A DNA stretch of 64,000 nucleotides, taken from NCBI GenBank assembly GCA_963674755.2, contig CAXXVS010000003.1, positions 2,592,001 to 2,656,000 on the forward strand, written 5' to 3'. Below are positions 53,199-64,000 of this stretch, piece after piece. A model generated the notes under the pieces. The model saw nothing but the letters and a program-made list of their open reading frames with translations, did not search any database and was not told where the DNA came from. The position numbers and the translations under genes were made by a program. Every line of letters starts with the position of its first letter. Positions within the stretch are counted from its first letter, which is position 1. This DNA comes from Desulfobacterales bacterium. Its GTDB lineage: Bacteria > Desulfobacterota > Desulfobacteria > Desulfobacterales > UBA5852.

Positions 53199-54953
53199 AT
53201 GCCCAGCGCCGTCAGTTATAAGGATATTTTCGACACCACCAGCAATGGCGTTCTGGTCACCGATGCCAAAGGCTGCCTGACCCATATCAACCCGCAGGCC
53301 GAAAAAATACTGGGATTCAATGCCCGCCGCCATGTCGGCCGCCTCATCTCCGACCTGCTGCCCCTGACCGGCCCCCAGGTCATGACTTGTATCGCCAGCG
53401 GTGAATCCAACCTGGGGCACATGATCAAGGGCAAGGTCGTCGACCTGGTTTTGTTTATTACCCCCATCAAGACGGCCGACGGACACGTGCGCGGCGCCAT
53501 GTGCACCTTTCAGGAGATGGGGCAGTTCGAGCTGTCAGTGCGCAAGATGGAATCCTATCAGCGGCTGAACCGTGAGCTGGCCGCGATCTTCGATGCCTCC
53601 TCGGACGGACTCTGGGTGTGCGACCACGAGGGGCAGGTGATCAACATCAACAAAGCCTCGGCCCAGCTCAACGGGATCAAGGCCGAGGAAATCATCGGCC
53701 AGCACATCGGTGACCTGGTGGCCAGGGGGTTTTTCGACCGGTCGGTCACCCTGGAGGTGATCGAGACCCGGCGCCAGGTCAGCATCATGCAGTTTGTCAA
53801 ACGGACCAACCGCTATCTCCTGGCAACGGGCACCCCGGTCTTCGACGATCAGGGGCAGCTGCACATTATCGTGGTCAACGAACGGGACATGACCCAGTTG
53901 AACGTTATCCGCCAGGAACTCGAGCAGACCCAGATGGTCACGGAAAAAATGCGCGACGAGTTGACCGAGCTGCGCTTGATGGCGCTCAAGGATCAGGCCA
54001 TCATCGCCGAAAGCAAGGAAATGCGCGGCGTCCTGACAGCGGCCCTGAAGCTGGCCCGGCTGGACGCCTCCAACATCCTGCTTTTGGGAGAGTCCGGAAC
54101 GGGCAAGGGCTTGATGGCCCGGTTCATCCACATGAACGGCAGCCGGCGCAAAAAGCCCTTTATCCCCATCAATTGTGCGGCCCTGCCGGAAAGTCTGCTG
54201 GAGGCGGAGCTTTTCGGCTATGAGCGCGGTGCTTTTACCGGAGCCCGTGAGCAGGGCAAAGCCGGATTGTTCGAGCTGGCCCACGAGGGCACGCTCTTCC
54301 TGGACGAAATCGGCGATTTGCCGCTGCCCCTGCAGGCCAAGCTGCTTAAATATCTGGACGATCACGAAATCCTGCGTCTGGGCGGGGTGAAGGCACGCAC
54401 CATCGACTGCTCGATCATCGCCGCCACCAACCGGGATATCGAGGGGCTGGTGAAACGCCGTCAGTTTCGCGAGGATCTCTATTTTCGTCTGAATGCCTTT
54501 ACACTGCGGATACCCCCTCTGCGCGCACGCCCCGAAGACATCTTCGAGCTGATCCGTTTCTATCTGCAACGCTACAGCCGGACCTACCGGACCCGGCGCA
54601 AGCTCATGCCGGAAACTCTTGAGAAACTCCAGAACTATGCCTTTCCGGGCAATGTCCGGGAACTGAAGAACCTCATCAAGCGGGCCGTCGTCATGGGGGA
54701 GAGCGAGATGCTGGACGGCTTCCTCAACCGGAGCCTGGAGGCGGTGCACGCTTCGGGAAAATCCGATCGGTTGGCTCCCTCCGGCCGCACCTCGCTGACC
54801 GACGAGGTGAATGCTTACGAAAAGCAACTTTTCCAGAGCGCCGTCCGCCAGTGCCGAACCACCCGCGAGTTGTCAGCCGCCCTGGGTATCAGCCAACCTA
54901 CGGTGGTGCGGAAAATGAAAAAATACGGGTTGGGCTTTGCGATTGATTCATAA
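53199..54953 (+). CDS. Sigma54 enhancer-binding protein (PAS-PAS-AAA-TyrR-type HTH)
   Basis: Two PAS domains, GESGTGKG, canonical GAFTGA, FLDEIGD, TTRELSAALGISQPTVVRKMKKY. Confidence 0.94.
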   Translation: MPSAVSYKDIFDTTSNGVLVTDAKGCLTHINPQAEKILGFNARRHVGRLISDLLPLTGPQVMTCIASGESNLGHMIKGKVVDLVLFITPIKTADGHVRGAMCTFQEMGQFELSVRKMESYQRLNRELAAIFDASSDGLWVCDHEGQVININKASAQLNGIKAEEIIGQHIGDLVARGFFDRSVTLEVIETRRQVSIMQFVKRTNRYLLATGTPVFDDQGQLHIIVVNERDMTQLNVIRQELEQTQMVTEKMRDELTELRLMALKDQAIIAESKEMRGVLTAALKLARLDASNILLLGESGTGKGLMARFIHMNGSRRKKPFIPINCAALPESLLEAELFGYERGAFTGAREQGKAGLFELAHEGTLFLDEIGDLPLPLQAKLLKYLDDHEILRLGGVKARTIDCSIIAATNRDIEGLVKRRQFREDLYFRLNAFTLRIPPLRARPEDIFELIRFYLQRYSRTYRTRRKLMPETLEKLQNYAFPGNVRELKNLIKRAVVMGESEMLDGFLNRSLEAVHASGKSDRLAPSGRTSLTDEVNAYEKQLFQSAVRQCRTTRELSAALGISQPTVVRKMKKYGLGFAIDS

Positions 54954-55086
54954 ATGAATCATGAAAATGGTTCAACTATTTGAATTCTTAACTAAAAATA
55001 TATAATCGTATATGATCTGATTATGAATCTATAAAAAAATAAATAAATTAAATAGGTTATATTTTTTAAGATTCTATTATGAATCA
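54944..55086. promoter_or_regulatory. Three 18-bp candidate enhancer sites TGATTCA-N4-TGAATCA
   Basis: TGATTCATAAATGAATCA (54944), TGATCTGATTATGAATCT (55013), AGATTCTATTATGAATCA (55069) in a very AT-rich tract. Confidence 0.72.
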
Positions 55087-55159
55087 CCGCTCCGGTCGTC
55101 ACCCTATTCCATGCCGTTGAATCCCTGCTATGTCCTGCCCATGGCCGCTTCGCCAGACC

Positions 55160-55175
55160 TGGCCCGCAAGTTGCA
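55160..55175 (+). promoter_or_regulatory. Sigma54 -24/-12 promoter of the gabT-patA-aor-pot operon
   Basis: TGGCCCGCAAGTTGCA = GG-N10-GC, ~55 bp upstream of gabT. Confidence 0.8.
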
Positions 55176-55229
55176 GCGCGGTACGGTTTTCAATCACCAC
55201 CCAAACGGTTTGCCATCAGAGGAGGCACA

Positions 55230-56540
55230 ATGGAAGCAACATCCCCAACGGAAGCGTTAGGCCGGACCCGGGCGCAGGTGATGGCCAAAGGATACGCCAG
55301 CGGCACGGCCACCTATGTGGATCATGCCCGGGGCGCGATGCTCTACGACATCGAGGGGCGCGAATACATCGACTTCGCCGGCGGCATCGCCGTGATGAAT
55401 GTGGGCCACTCCCACCCCAAAGTCGTTGCGGCGATCCAGGATCAGGCGGCCAAATTCACCCATACCTGTTTCATGGTGCTGCCCTATGCCCCGGCCGTCG
55501 ATCTGGCCGAGCGTCTCTGCGGGCTGGTCCCGGGGGACTTCGACAAAGCCGCCATGTTTATCAACAGCGGCGCCGAAGCCGTGGAGAACGCCGTCAAGAT
55601 CGCCCGCTACGCGACCAAACGCCAAGGCATCATCTGCTTCGACAACGCCTTTCACGGCCGGACGCTCATGGGCATGAGCCTCACCAGCAAGGTCAAACCC
55701 TACAAATTCGGTTTCGGCCCCTTTGCGCCTGAAATCTATCGCATGCCTTACGCCTACTGCTACCGCTGCCCCTTCGGGTTGCACTATCCGGACTGCCAGA
55801 CCGCCTGTGCGGACCACCTGGAGTCGTTTCTGATCTCCCATGTGGCCCCCGAGAATACGGCCGCCCTCATAGCCGAGCCGATTCAGGGGGAGGGCGGCTT
55901 TATCACCCCGCCGCCGGAATACTTCCCCAAGCTCAAGCGCATCTGCGAGAAGTACGGCATCCTGTTTGTCGCCGACGAGATCCAGACCGGCATCGGGCGC
56001 ACCGGCAAGATGTTCGCCATGGAGCACTGGGGGGTGGCGGCCGATATCACCACGGTGGCCAAGAGCCTGGCGGCGGGAATGCCGCTGAGCGCCGTGGTGG
56101 GCCGCAAGGACATCATGGACAGCGTGCATCTCTCTGGCGTCGGCGGGACATACGGGGGCAATCCCCTGTCCTGTCGGGCGGCCCTGGCCGTGCTGGAGAT
56201 CTTCGAAACCGAAGATCTCCTTGCCAAAGGTCAGGCCCTGGGAGAAAAGCTGCGTCAGCGATTTGATCAGTTTCAGAACCAATTCGAGATCATTGGCGAC
56301 GTGCGGGGCATCGGGCCCATGCTGGCCCTCGAATTGGTGGAAGACCGGGAAACCAAAACCCCCGCCGGGGATGCCGCCAAAAAGCTGGTGGCCTACTGCC
56401 ACGAAAAGGGGCTGATCCTCCTGGCGTGCGGCGGCTACGGCAATGTCATCCGGGTGCTGATGCCTCTGGTGATTACGGACGAACAACTGGAAAAGGGGCT
56501 GGCCATCATGGCCGACGGGCTGGCGGCCCTGACCAACTGA
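55230..56540 (+). CDS. gabT: 4-aminobutyrate (or 5-aminovalerate) aminotransferase, class III
   Basis: IDFAGGIAV, HTCFMV, NSGAEAVENAVK, FHGRT, KPYKFGFGP, ADEIQTG, AKSLAAG, GGTYGGNP. Confidence 0.92.
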   Translation: MEATSPTEALGRTRAQVMAKGYASGTATYVDHARGAMLYDIEGREYIDFAGGIAVMNVGHSHPKVVAAIQDQAAKFTHTCFMVLPYAPAVDLAERLCGLVPGDFDKAAMFINSGAEAVENAVKIARYATKRQGIICFDNAFHGRTLMGMSLTSKVKPYKFGFGPFAPEIYRMPYAYCYRCPFGLHYPDCQTACADHLESFLISHVAPENTAALIAEPIQGEGGFITPPPEYFPKLKRICEKYGILFVADEIQTGIGRTGKMFAMEHWGVAADITTVAKSLAAGMPLSAVVGRKDIMDSVHLSGVGGTYGGNPLSCRAALAVLEIFETEDLLAKGQALGEKLRQRFDQFQNQFEIIGDVRGIGPMLALELVEDRETKTPAGDAAKKLVAYCHEKGLILLACGGYGNVIRVLMPLVITDEQLEKGLAIMADGLAALTN

Positions 56541-56541
56541 T

Positions 56542-56871
56542 ATGAATCGATTCTCCCTCGGAGAAGCCTGCTCCTGGATCGAGATCAAGCGCCGCCTTGA
56601 TCCGGCCTGGAGCTATGTGGTGATCGAAACAACGGCGGCGACATCCGGTGCCGATATTTTTGACAGCATCGTGACGCTCCTTTCGGAACATGCCGACGGG
56701 ATCCGGTCCCAGGAGATCTGCCGGGAAAGGGAATCCGGTAAATTGTTGCTGCTGGTGCAACTGAATCCGAATAAGGCCGAGGCGGTGAAAGAGGTGCTGC
56801 TCGATCCGCGGCTGCCGCCATCGGTTACGGTTTATTTTTACAACCATTCCCTGCACGGGGAACAATGCTGA
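56542..56871 (+). CDS. Hypothetical 109-aa protein (possible ACT/ferredoxin-like fold)
   Basis: Starts 1 bp after gabT; pattern suggests beta-alpha-beta-beta-alpha-beta. Confidence 0.68.
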   Translation: MNRFSLGEACSWIEIKRRLDPAWSYVVIETTAATSGADIFDSIVTLLSEHADGIRSQEICRERESGKLLLLVQLNPNKAEAVKEVLLDPRLPPSVTVYFYNHSLHGEQC

Positions 56872-56918
56872 CGGCATCCCTGAGGTGCCTGGAGAAACCC
56901 TAGAAAGGAGTATTTATT

Positions 56919-58268
56919 ATGCCGCGAGACGTGGCCCTGGCCCTATCTGAAACTGAGCGCATGGTGAACCTGATCGTGACCCCGGATACCGAGGTGACTG
57001 AGGAGGATCGGCGCCGGATCGCCAAGGAGACCGTCGAAAATTTTGGCAACCACATCAACAAAGGTTTTCTGGAATACCGGAAGTCCGTCACCGAAACGAG
57101 TGATTTTGCCGTCACCGAGTGGTATGGCCAGGGATCCAAGATGGTCGACGCGCTGGGCCGGGAATTCATTGACATGCTGGGCGGGTTCGGCCTCTATACA
57201 GCCGGCATCCGTCATCCCAAGATCATCGCCGCGGTCAAGGCCCAACTGGACCGCAGCCCCCAGTACAGCCAGGAGATGCTCGATCCCCTGCGGGCCCATC
57301 TGGCCAAAGTGCTGGCCCTGCTGACGCCGGGGGATATCCAGTACGGATTTTTTGCCAACAGCGGCACCGAGGGGGTGGAGGGTGCCATGAAACTGGCCAA
57401 GCTCTACACCCGCAAAAAAGGATTCATCTCGATGCTCAAGGGATTTCACGGCAAGACCCTGGGCGCCCTGTCCCTGATGGGAAAATCCGTCTTTCGCGAA
57501 CCCCTGCTGCCGCTGCTGGAGGGGGTGCGGCACGTCCCCTTCGGGGATGCCGAGGCCGTGGAGACCATGCTGGCTTCGGCCAAGGCCGTGGGCAGCGGAA
57601 TCGCCGCCGTGGTGGCCGAGCCCATCCAGGGGGAAGCCGGCGCCATCGTACCGCCCGACGACTTCTGGCCGCGCTTGCGGGAATTGTGCGACTATTACGG
57701 GGTCTTGCTGATCGCCGATGAAGTCCAGACCGGATTCGGACGCACCGGCAAGATCTTCGGAGTCGACCACTGGGATGTGGCCCCGGATATCATGTGTCTC
57801 GGCAAAGCGCTGGGGGGCGGGGTCGTTCCCATGTCGGCCTTCCTGTCCACCCCCAAGATTTGGTCCTGCCTGGAACCCAATCCGTTTATGCATACCACCA
57901 CCACGGGGGGCAATCCGCTGGCCTGCGCCGCGGCCCTGGCTCAGATCAACGTGCTCCTTGCCGAGGATCTCGCGGGTCAGGCGGCGACCAAAGGTGCCTA
58001 TATTATAGAAAAATTGAACGGATTGAAGCAACAGTATCCGGGCATTCTGGCGGATGCCCATGGCAAGGGCCTGCTGATCGGTATGGAATTTCCTTCGGAC
58101 ACGACCGGCTACGCGGTGGCTTCGGGCCTGTTCAGCCGCGGTGTGTTGACGGCCGGCACCCTGACCAACTCCAAGACGATCCGCATCGAACCGGCGCTCA
58201 ATGTGCCCATGGAGATCGTCGACGAGATGCTCAACCGGCTGGAAGACACGTTCAAGAGCATTTCCTAA
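56919..58268 (+). CDS. patA: Putrescine--2-oxoglutarate aminotransferase
   Basis: PatA/YgjG-specific segments HINKGFLEYRKSVT, SQEMLDPLRA, FHGKTLGALS, NPFMHTTT, AGTLTNSKTIRIEP. Confidence 0.9.
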   Translation: MPRDVALALSETERMVNLIVTPDTEVTEEDRRRIAKETVENFGNHINKGFLEYRKSVTETSDFAVTEWYGQGSKMVDALGREFIDMLGGFGLYTAGIRHPKIIAAVKAQLDRSPQYSQEMLDPLRAHLAKVLALLTPGDIQYGFFANSGTEGVEGAMKLAKLYTRKKGFISMLKGFHGKTLGALSLMGKSVFREPLLPLLEGVRHVPFGDAEAVETMLASAKAVGSGIAAVVAEPIQGEAGAIVPPDDFWPRLRELCDYYGVLLIADEVQTGFGRTGKIFGVDHWDVAPDIMCLGKALGGGVVPMSAFLSTPKIWSCLEPNPFMHTTTTGGNPLACAAALAQINVLLAEDLAGQAATKGAYIIEKLNGLKQQYPGILADAHGKGLLIGMEFPSDTTGYAVASGLFSRGVLTAGTLTNSKTIRIEPALNVPMEIVDEMLNRLEDTFKSIS

Positions 58269-58312
58269 TGGTTTGGTGTACCCCCCGGGGCGGCCCGGGA
58301 AAGGAGGCCCTG

Positions 58313-60040
58313 ATGAAACTGATCAAAGTCGATCTGACAGCGAAAACCATTCAAACCGAGGATCTCCCTTCCGCATACGAAGGACTTGGCGGTCGGGCCC
58401 TGACCTCGAACTACATCAACGACCATGTGCCCGCCGGGTGTGATCCCCTGGGGCCGGAAAACCTGCTGATCTTCGCCCCAGGCTATTTCAGCGGCACGCC
58501 CCTGGTCAACACCAGCCGGCTTTCCGTGGGCGCCAAGAGCCCGCTGACCGGCGGCATCAAGGAAAGCAACGTGGGGGGCACGGCGGCGGCCGCTTTGGCC
58601 AACCTGGGCATTTCGGCCCTCGTGGTGGAGGGTCAGGCCCCCGAAGGGGAGTCCTGGCTGCTCAAGATCGATGCGCAAGGGCAGGTAGCGTTGCTGGACG
58701 GTGCCGACTGCCGCGGCCTGCGCACCTATGCCCTGGCGGAGAAGCTTCTCGCGGCCCACGGCCCCAAGAACAATATCACCTGCATCGGGCCGGCGGGAGA
58801 GGATCTGCTGAGTGCGGCCTCCATCCAGACCACCGACCTGGACGACCATCCCTGCCGGGCGGCCGGCCGCGGCGGCCTGGGGGCGGTCATGGGCTCCAAG
58901 GGACTCAAAGCGCTGATCGTCAGCCGTTCGGGCAAGGCCGCCGATCCTCTGGCCGATCCGGCGGCCTTCAAGGCGGCGGCCAAGGCTTACGCCCAGGCGG
59001 TCAAGGCCGACGAATTCAGCGGCGAGATCCTGCCCGAGCTGGGCTCGGCCTGCCTGGTGGAGGCCATCAACGAGGTGGGGGCCTTTCCGACCCGCAATGC
59101 CCGGGAGGGCCAGTTCGAGGACGCCGACAAGATCAGCGGGGAGGCCATGGCCCGCATCATTCGTGAGCGCGGCGGCAAGACCACCCACAAGGGCTGCGCC
59201 CAGTGCATCATCGACTGCTCCAACGAGTACGTGGATGCGGACGGCAAGTATGTCACTTCTTCGCTGGAGTACGAGACCATCTGGTCCATGGGCGGCATGA
59301 TCGGCAACGGCGACCTGGACGCCATCGCCCGGCTCGATTTCCTCTGCGACGACATCGGGCTGGACACCATCAGTACCGGGGTGGCCATCGCCGTGGCCAT
59401 GGATGCCGGCTACAAATCCTTCGGCGACGCCCAGGCCGCCATCGCCATGGTGGAGGAAGTGGCGCAAGGCACCGCCTTCGGCAAAATCATCGGCAGCGGG
59501 CCGGCGGCTGTGGGCAAGCACTTCAACCATGAGCGGGTGCCGGTCATGAAGGGCCAGAGCATGGCGGCCTACGACCCCCGCGCCATCCAGGGTATGGCGG
59601 TCACCTATGCCACCTCGCCCATGGGGGGCGACCATACGGCCGGCTGGGTGGTGGACCAGAACCTGGAAGCCTTCGGCGGCACCCTCGACCGGTTTTCGGC
59701 CGAAGGGCAGGTGGAGGCCTCCCGCAACACCCAGATTCACATGGCAGCGGTAGATACGGTGGGCATCTGTGATTTTGCCCAGTCCGGCCTGGCCGCCGAG
59801 GGGGGGATGGACAACGTCTACCGGATGGTGGCCGCCAAATCCGGCCAGCCCTTCGGCGAAGACGACTGGCAGGCACTGGGGCTGCGGGTGCTGAAGGCCG
59901 AGCGGGCCTTCAACCGGCGGGCCGGCTTCACGGCGGCCGACGACCACCTGCCGCGCATGTTCTATGAAGAACCCCTGCCGCCCCACAACAAGGTGGTGGT
60001 CATCAGTCCGGAGGAGCTTGAAAATACCTTTGATTTCTAA
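58313..60040 (+). CDS. Aldehyde:ferredoxin oxidoreductase (W/Mo-pterin), copy 1
   Basis: GLGGRAL, KSPLTGGIKESNVGG, GRGGLGAVMGSKGLKA, CAQCIIDC, EYET, YDPR; AAGGAGG before ATG 58313. Confidence 0.93.
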   Translation: MKLIKVDLTAKTIQTEDLPSAYEGLGGRALTSNYINDHVPAGCDPLGPENLLIFAPGYFSGTPLVNTSRLSVGAKSPLTGGIKESNVGGTAAAALANLGISALVVEGQAPEGESWLLKIDAQGQVALLDGADCRGLRTYALAEKLLAAHGPKNNITCIGPAGEDLLSAASIQTTDLDDHPCRAAGRGGLGAVMGSKGLKALIVSRSGKAADPLADPAAFKAAAKAYAQAVKADEFSGEILPELGSACLVEAINEVGAFPTRNAREGQFEDADKISGEAMARIIRERGGKTTHKGCAQCIIDCSNEYVDADGKYVTSSLEYETIWSMGGMIGNGDLDAIARLDFLCDDIGLDTISTGVAIAVAMDAGYKSFGDAQAAIAMVEEVAQGTAFGKIIGSGPAAVGKHFNHERVPVMKGQSMAAYDPRAIQGMAVTYATSPMGGDHTAGWVVDQNLEAFGGTLDRFSAEGQVEASRNTQIHMAAVDTVGICDFAQSGLAAEGGMDNVYRMVAAKSGQPFGEDDWQALGLRVLKAERAFNRRAGFTAADDHLPRMFYEEPLPPHNKVVVISPEELENTFDF

Positions 60041-60042
60041 AG

Positions 60043-60291
60043 GTGGCATTGATGCAGGTGCAGGTTAAACTTTACGGCACCCTGGGCAAGCAGGTGCCCG
60101 GCTACGACCACCGGCAGGGTTTGGCGGTGGAGGTGGCCGAGGGAGCTAACGTGGCGGATCTCATGGCCCGGATCGGCGTTCCCTTGAAGAAGATCGGGAT
60201 GGTCTCCCTGGACGGTCGTCTGGCCGGCCGGGAAGCCAGCCTGCAAGCCAATATGCTGGTCAAGGTTTTTCATCCGATTTTCGGCGGTTAG
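60043..60291 (+). CDS. MoaD/ThiS-family sulfur carrier
   Basis: VQVKLYGTL start, ubiquitin-like size, C-terminal GG. Confidence 0.9.
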   Translation: MALMQVQVKLYGTLGKQVPGYDHRQGLAVEVAEGANVADLMARIGVPLKKIGMVSLDGRLAGREASLQANMLVKVFHPIFGG

Positions 60292-60306
60292 TAAGGAGAA
60301 GGTGGA

Positions 60307-62067
60307 ATGGACGGCTGTTACGGCCAGGTTTTAAAAATCGATCTCAACACCCGGCAGTGGCGGGTGGAAGAAGTCCCGGAGGATATCCAGCAGACGTATC
60401 TGGGGGGCAAGGGGCTGGCCACTCACCTGCTTCTGGAGAACAATCCGGCCGGGGTCGATCCGCTGGCGCCGGAAAACACCCTCATCTTCGCCACCGGTCC
60501 GGCCACGGGCAGCGCCGTGTGGGGCGGCTGCCGCTACGGGGTGTACACCAAATCCCCCCAGACGGGCTTTTATGCGGAATCCTACTCCGGCGGCAAGGTG
60601 CCCGAGGCCATAGCCGCCACCGGGTACGATGCGGTGCTGATCCAGGGGGCCTGTGCCGCTCCGACGGTCCTGGCGATCTACCCGGACCGGGTGGATTTTC
60701 ACGACGCCGGCGATCTCTGGGGCCAGGATACCTATGCCAGCGAGGATGCCGTTCTGGCGCGCTTCCGGCGCGATGATGCCGGCTACAAGCGTCCGGGGGC
60801 GGTGGTCATCGGCCCGGCGGCCGAAAAGGGGATCCGTTTTGCCCTGATCAAGAACGACCGCTGGCGCAGCGCCGGGCGCACCGGGGTGGGCGCGGTCCTG
60901 GGCGCCAAACGGGTCAAGGGGATTCTCTTCCAGGGCGACCGCCAACGGCCCCTGCACGACGGGGAGGCGGTGCGCGCCTTGGCCAAGAACCTGGTGAAAG
61001 AGGGCAAGGACAACCCGGGGGTCAAGGCCTACAAGGCCATGGGAACCTCCCAGATGGTCAAGATCATGAATGCGGCCAAGGCCTTTCCCACCCGCTACTG
61101 GTCCCGGGGGACCTGCCCGCACTGGGAGGAGATCGGCGCCGACGCCCTGCACACGCGCTGCGAAGTCGAGCCCCACGCCTGCTTGAAGTGCTTCATGGCC
61201 TGCGGTCGGATGAGTCGGGTCAAGGAAGGGCCCCATGCCGGGCTCACGATCGAAGGACCGGAATACGAGACCATATACGCCTTCGGCGGTCTGTGCATGA
61301 TCGATTCCATCGAAGGGATCATCTACCTCAACGACATCTGCGACCGTCTGGGCATGGACACCATCACGGCCGGCAACCTGTGTGCCTTTACCATCGAGGC
61401 GGTACGTCGGGGCAAGGTCAATTTCGCGGTGGATTACGGCGATGTCGACGGCGTGGCCGCCTTGCTGCGGCTGATTGCCGCCCGGGAAGGCCTCGGCGCG
61501 GTGCTGGCCGAGGGACTGCGCCATGCCGCCGCCCGGTGGGACCTCGAAGACATCGCGGTGCATGTCAAGGGCATGGAGCCGGCCGGCTACGATCCGCGCC
61601 CCCTCAAAGGCATGGGGCTGGCCTACGCCACTTCCGACCGAGGGGCCTGCCACCTGCGGACGACGTTTTACAAGCCCGAACTCAGCGGGATGATCGATCC
61701 GGGCCAGGTGGAGGGCAAGGCCGAGCTGTTCATCGACTTCGAGGACCGCTTGACCCTTTTCGACACCCTTATTTTGTGCCGGTTTTACCGGGATCTTTAT
61801 CCCTGGGAGGCCCTCCGGGAGATGCTGAAGGCCCTCACCGGGATCGACGAGGATATTGCCGGCCTGCGCCAAAGGGCGGCGGCCATCGCCACCCTCACAC
61901 GGCGCTTCAACATCCGGGAGGGTCTGACCTCCCAGGACGACCGTCTGCCCCGCCAGTTGCATCGCCGCCTGGAAGATTCGGAGCAGGTGGTCACTGAGGA
62001 AGAGATTCATACCATGGTGCAGGACTACTACCGGTTGCGCGGTTGGGATGCGCAGGGCTCGCCCTAA
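60307..62067 (+). CDS. Aldehyde:ferredoxin oxidoreductase (W/Mo-pterin), copy 2
   Basis: YLGGKGLA, KSPQTG..ESYSGG, GRTGVGAV, CLKCFMAC, GPEYET, YDPR, RGACH, YYRLRGWD. Confidence 0.94.
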   Translation: MDGCYGQVLKIDLNTRQWRVEEVPEDIQQTYLGGKGLATHLLLENNPAGVDPLAPENTLIFATGPATGSAVWGGCRYGVYTKSPQTGFYAESYSGGKVPEAIAATGYDAVLIQGACAAPTVLAIYPDRVDFHDAGDLWGQDTYASEDAVLARFRRDDAGYKRPGAVVIGPAAEKGIRFALIKNDRWRSAGRTGVGAVLGAKRVKGILFQGDRQRPLHDGEAVRALAKNLVKEGKDNPGVKAYKAMGTSQMVKIMNAAKAFPTRYWSRGTCPHWEEIGADALHTRCEVEPHACLKCFMACGRMSRVKEGPHAGLTIEGPEYETIYAFGGLCMIDSIEGIIYLNDICDRLGMDTITAGNLCAFTIEAVRRGKVNFAVDYGDVDGVAALLRLIAAREGLGAVLAEGLRHAAARWDLEDIAVHVKGMEPAGYDPRPLKGMGLAYATSDRGACHLRTTFYKPELSGMIDPGQVEGKAELFIDFEDRLTLFDTLILCRFYRDLYPWEALREMLKALTGIDEDIAGLRQRAAAIATLTRRFNIREGLTSQDDRLPRQLHRRLEDSEQVVTEEEIHTMVQDYYRLRGWDAQGSP

Positions 62068-62139
62068 TTGGCGCTTTGCTCTGCCGCATCCTTTGGCAAA
62101 CGTCCATCAACTTCACTACGACCTGGAATTTAGGGACCT

Positions 62140-63193
<1,054 letters not shown>

Positions 63194-63201
<8 letters not shown>

Positions 63202-64000
63202 TGCGCTTTTATCCTGGTACGGGGAGCTGACGACCCGCGGGCGCCTCCTCAAACGCGGTTCCGCGCTGCTGATGCCGGGCATGCTGTGGCTGATGCTGTT
63301 TCTGGTCCTGCCGGGCTTGGTGCTCGTGGTGGTGAGCTTCGCCACCCGCGGCGCCTACGGTCAGCTGGAATGGACCTTTACGGTGGAAAACTACCAGCGT
63401 CTAGCCGGGTTCTCGCTTTTCGGCTGGACATCAGACTACCTGATCATCCTGTGGCGCTCGGTGGTGGTGGCCCTGGTCACCACCCTGGTTTCGGTAGTGC
63501 TCTCCTATCCGCTGTGTTTCTTCATTGCGGCCCGCTCGGAGCGCAGCCGCTACATGTGGCTGACCCTGGTGATCATTCCCTTCTGGACCAACATGGTCAT
63601 CCGAGCCTACGCTTGGTTTCTGATCCTGGCGCCGGAAATGCCCTTTGCCAAAATCGCCGCCTTTTTCGGATTCATCCCGGACGGCATGCCGCTCTACCCC
63701 AATGCTTTTGCGGTCTACCTCGGCATGGTCTCCATGTTTCTGCCGTTTGTGACCTTACCCCTTTTCGCCAGTGTCGAACGGATCGACTGGGCCCTGGTGG
63801 AGGCCGCCCAGGACCTCTACGCCTCGCCGGTGCGGGTTTTCACCCAGGCCATTTTGCCCCAGACCATGCCCGGGCTTTCCGTGGGCATCATCCTGACTTT
63901 CGTGCCGGCCATGGGGATGTTCGTGGTGCCGGACCTGCTGGGCGGCGCCAAATACATGCTGGTGGGCAACCTTATCCAGCAACAGTTCGGGTCCAGCCGC
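63194..64000 (+). CDS. potB: Spermidine/putrescine ABC permease (3' end outside window)
   Basis: ATG 63194 overlaps the potA stop; PFWTNMVIRAYAW, LVEAAQDLYAS (EAA loop), PDLLGGAK; open to the window end. Confidence 0.88.

Noticed and set aside
57794..58312. Apparent 173-aa N-terminal extension of AOR1
   Set aside because: It overlaps patA out of frame; the AOR motif and AAGGAGG RBS place the start at 58313.

Overview
GC-rich chromosomal segment of a sulfate-reducing deltaproteobacterium. The gene set points to Desulfobacterales, but that is inferred from gene content only. Positions 4-36 kb are mostly core genes (eno, pyrG, kdsB, metG, holB, IHF, lptD, surE, yhaM, tmk, ferredoxin, rnj, ftsK). 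Three sigma54-controlled accessory modules each have a visible -24/-12 promoter and one to three 18-bp palindromic candidate enhancer sites: (i) NtrC regulator -> TauE/SafE exporter; (ii) heme-c sensor kinase + NtrC regulator -> YeiH-type exporter, small membrane protein and USP; (iii) PAS-PAS enhancer-binding protein -> gabT, patA, two aldehyde:ferredoxin oxidoreductases, MoaD-like protein and potAB, a candidate ferredoxin-coupled polyamine catabolic pathway. Other highlights: a cysteine synthase-CysRS fusion whose CysRS half lacks KMSKS; a 1256-aa GlmS-like protein with an internal catalytic Cys; a ~145-bp nested hairpin element at the ftsK stop codon; an unannotated Ser/Thr kinase relic; a deleted CoA-transferase pseudogene; and a frameshifted PBP. 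No rRNA, tRNA, CRISPR array, transposase or phage gene was recognised. All family assignments come from motif recognition by eye, not database searches.
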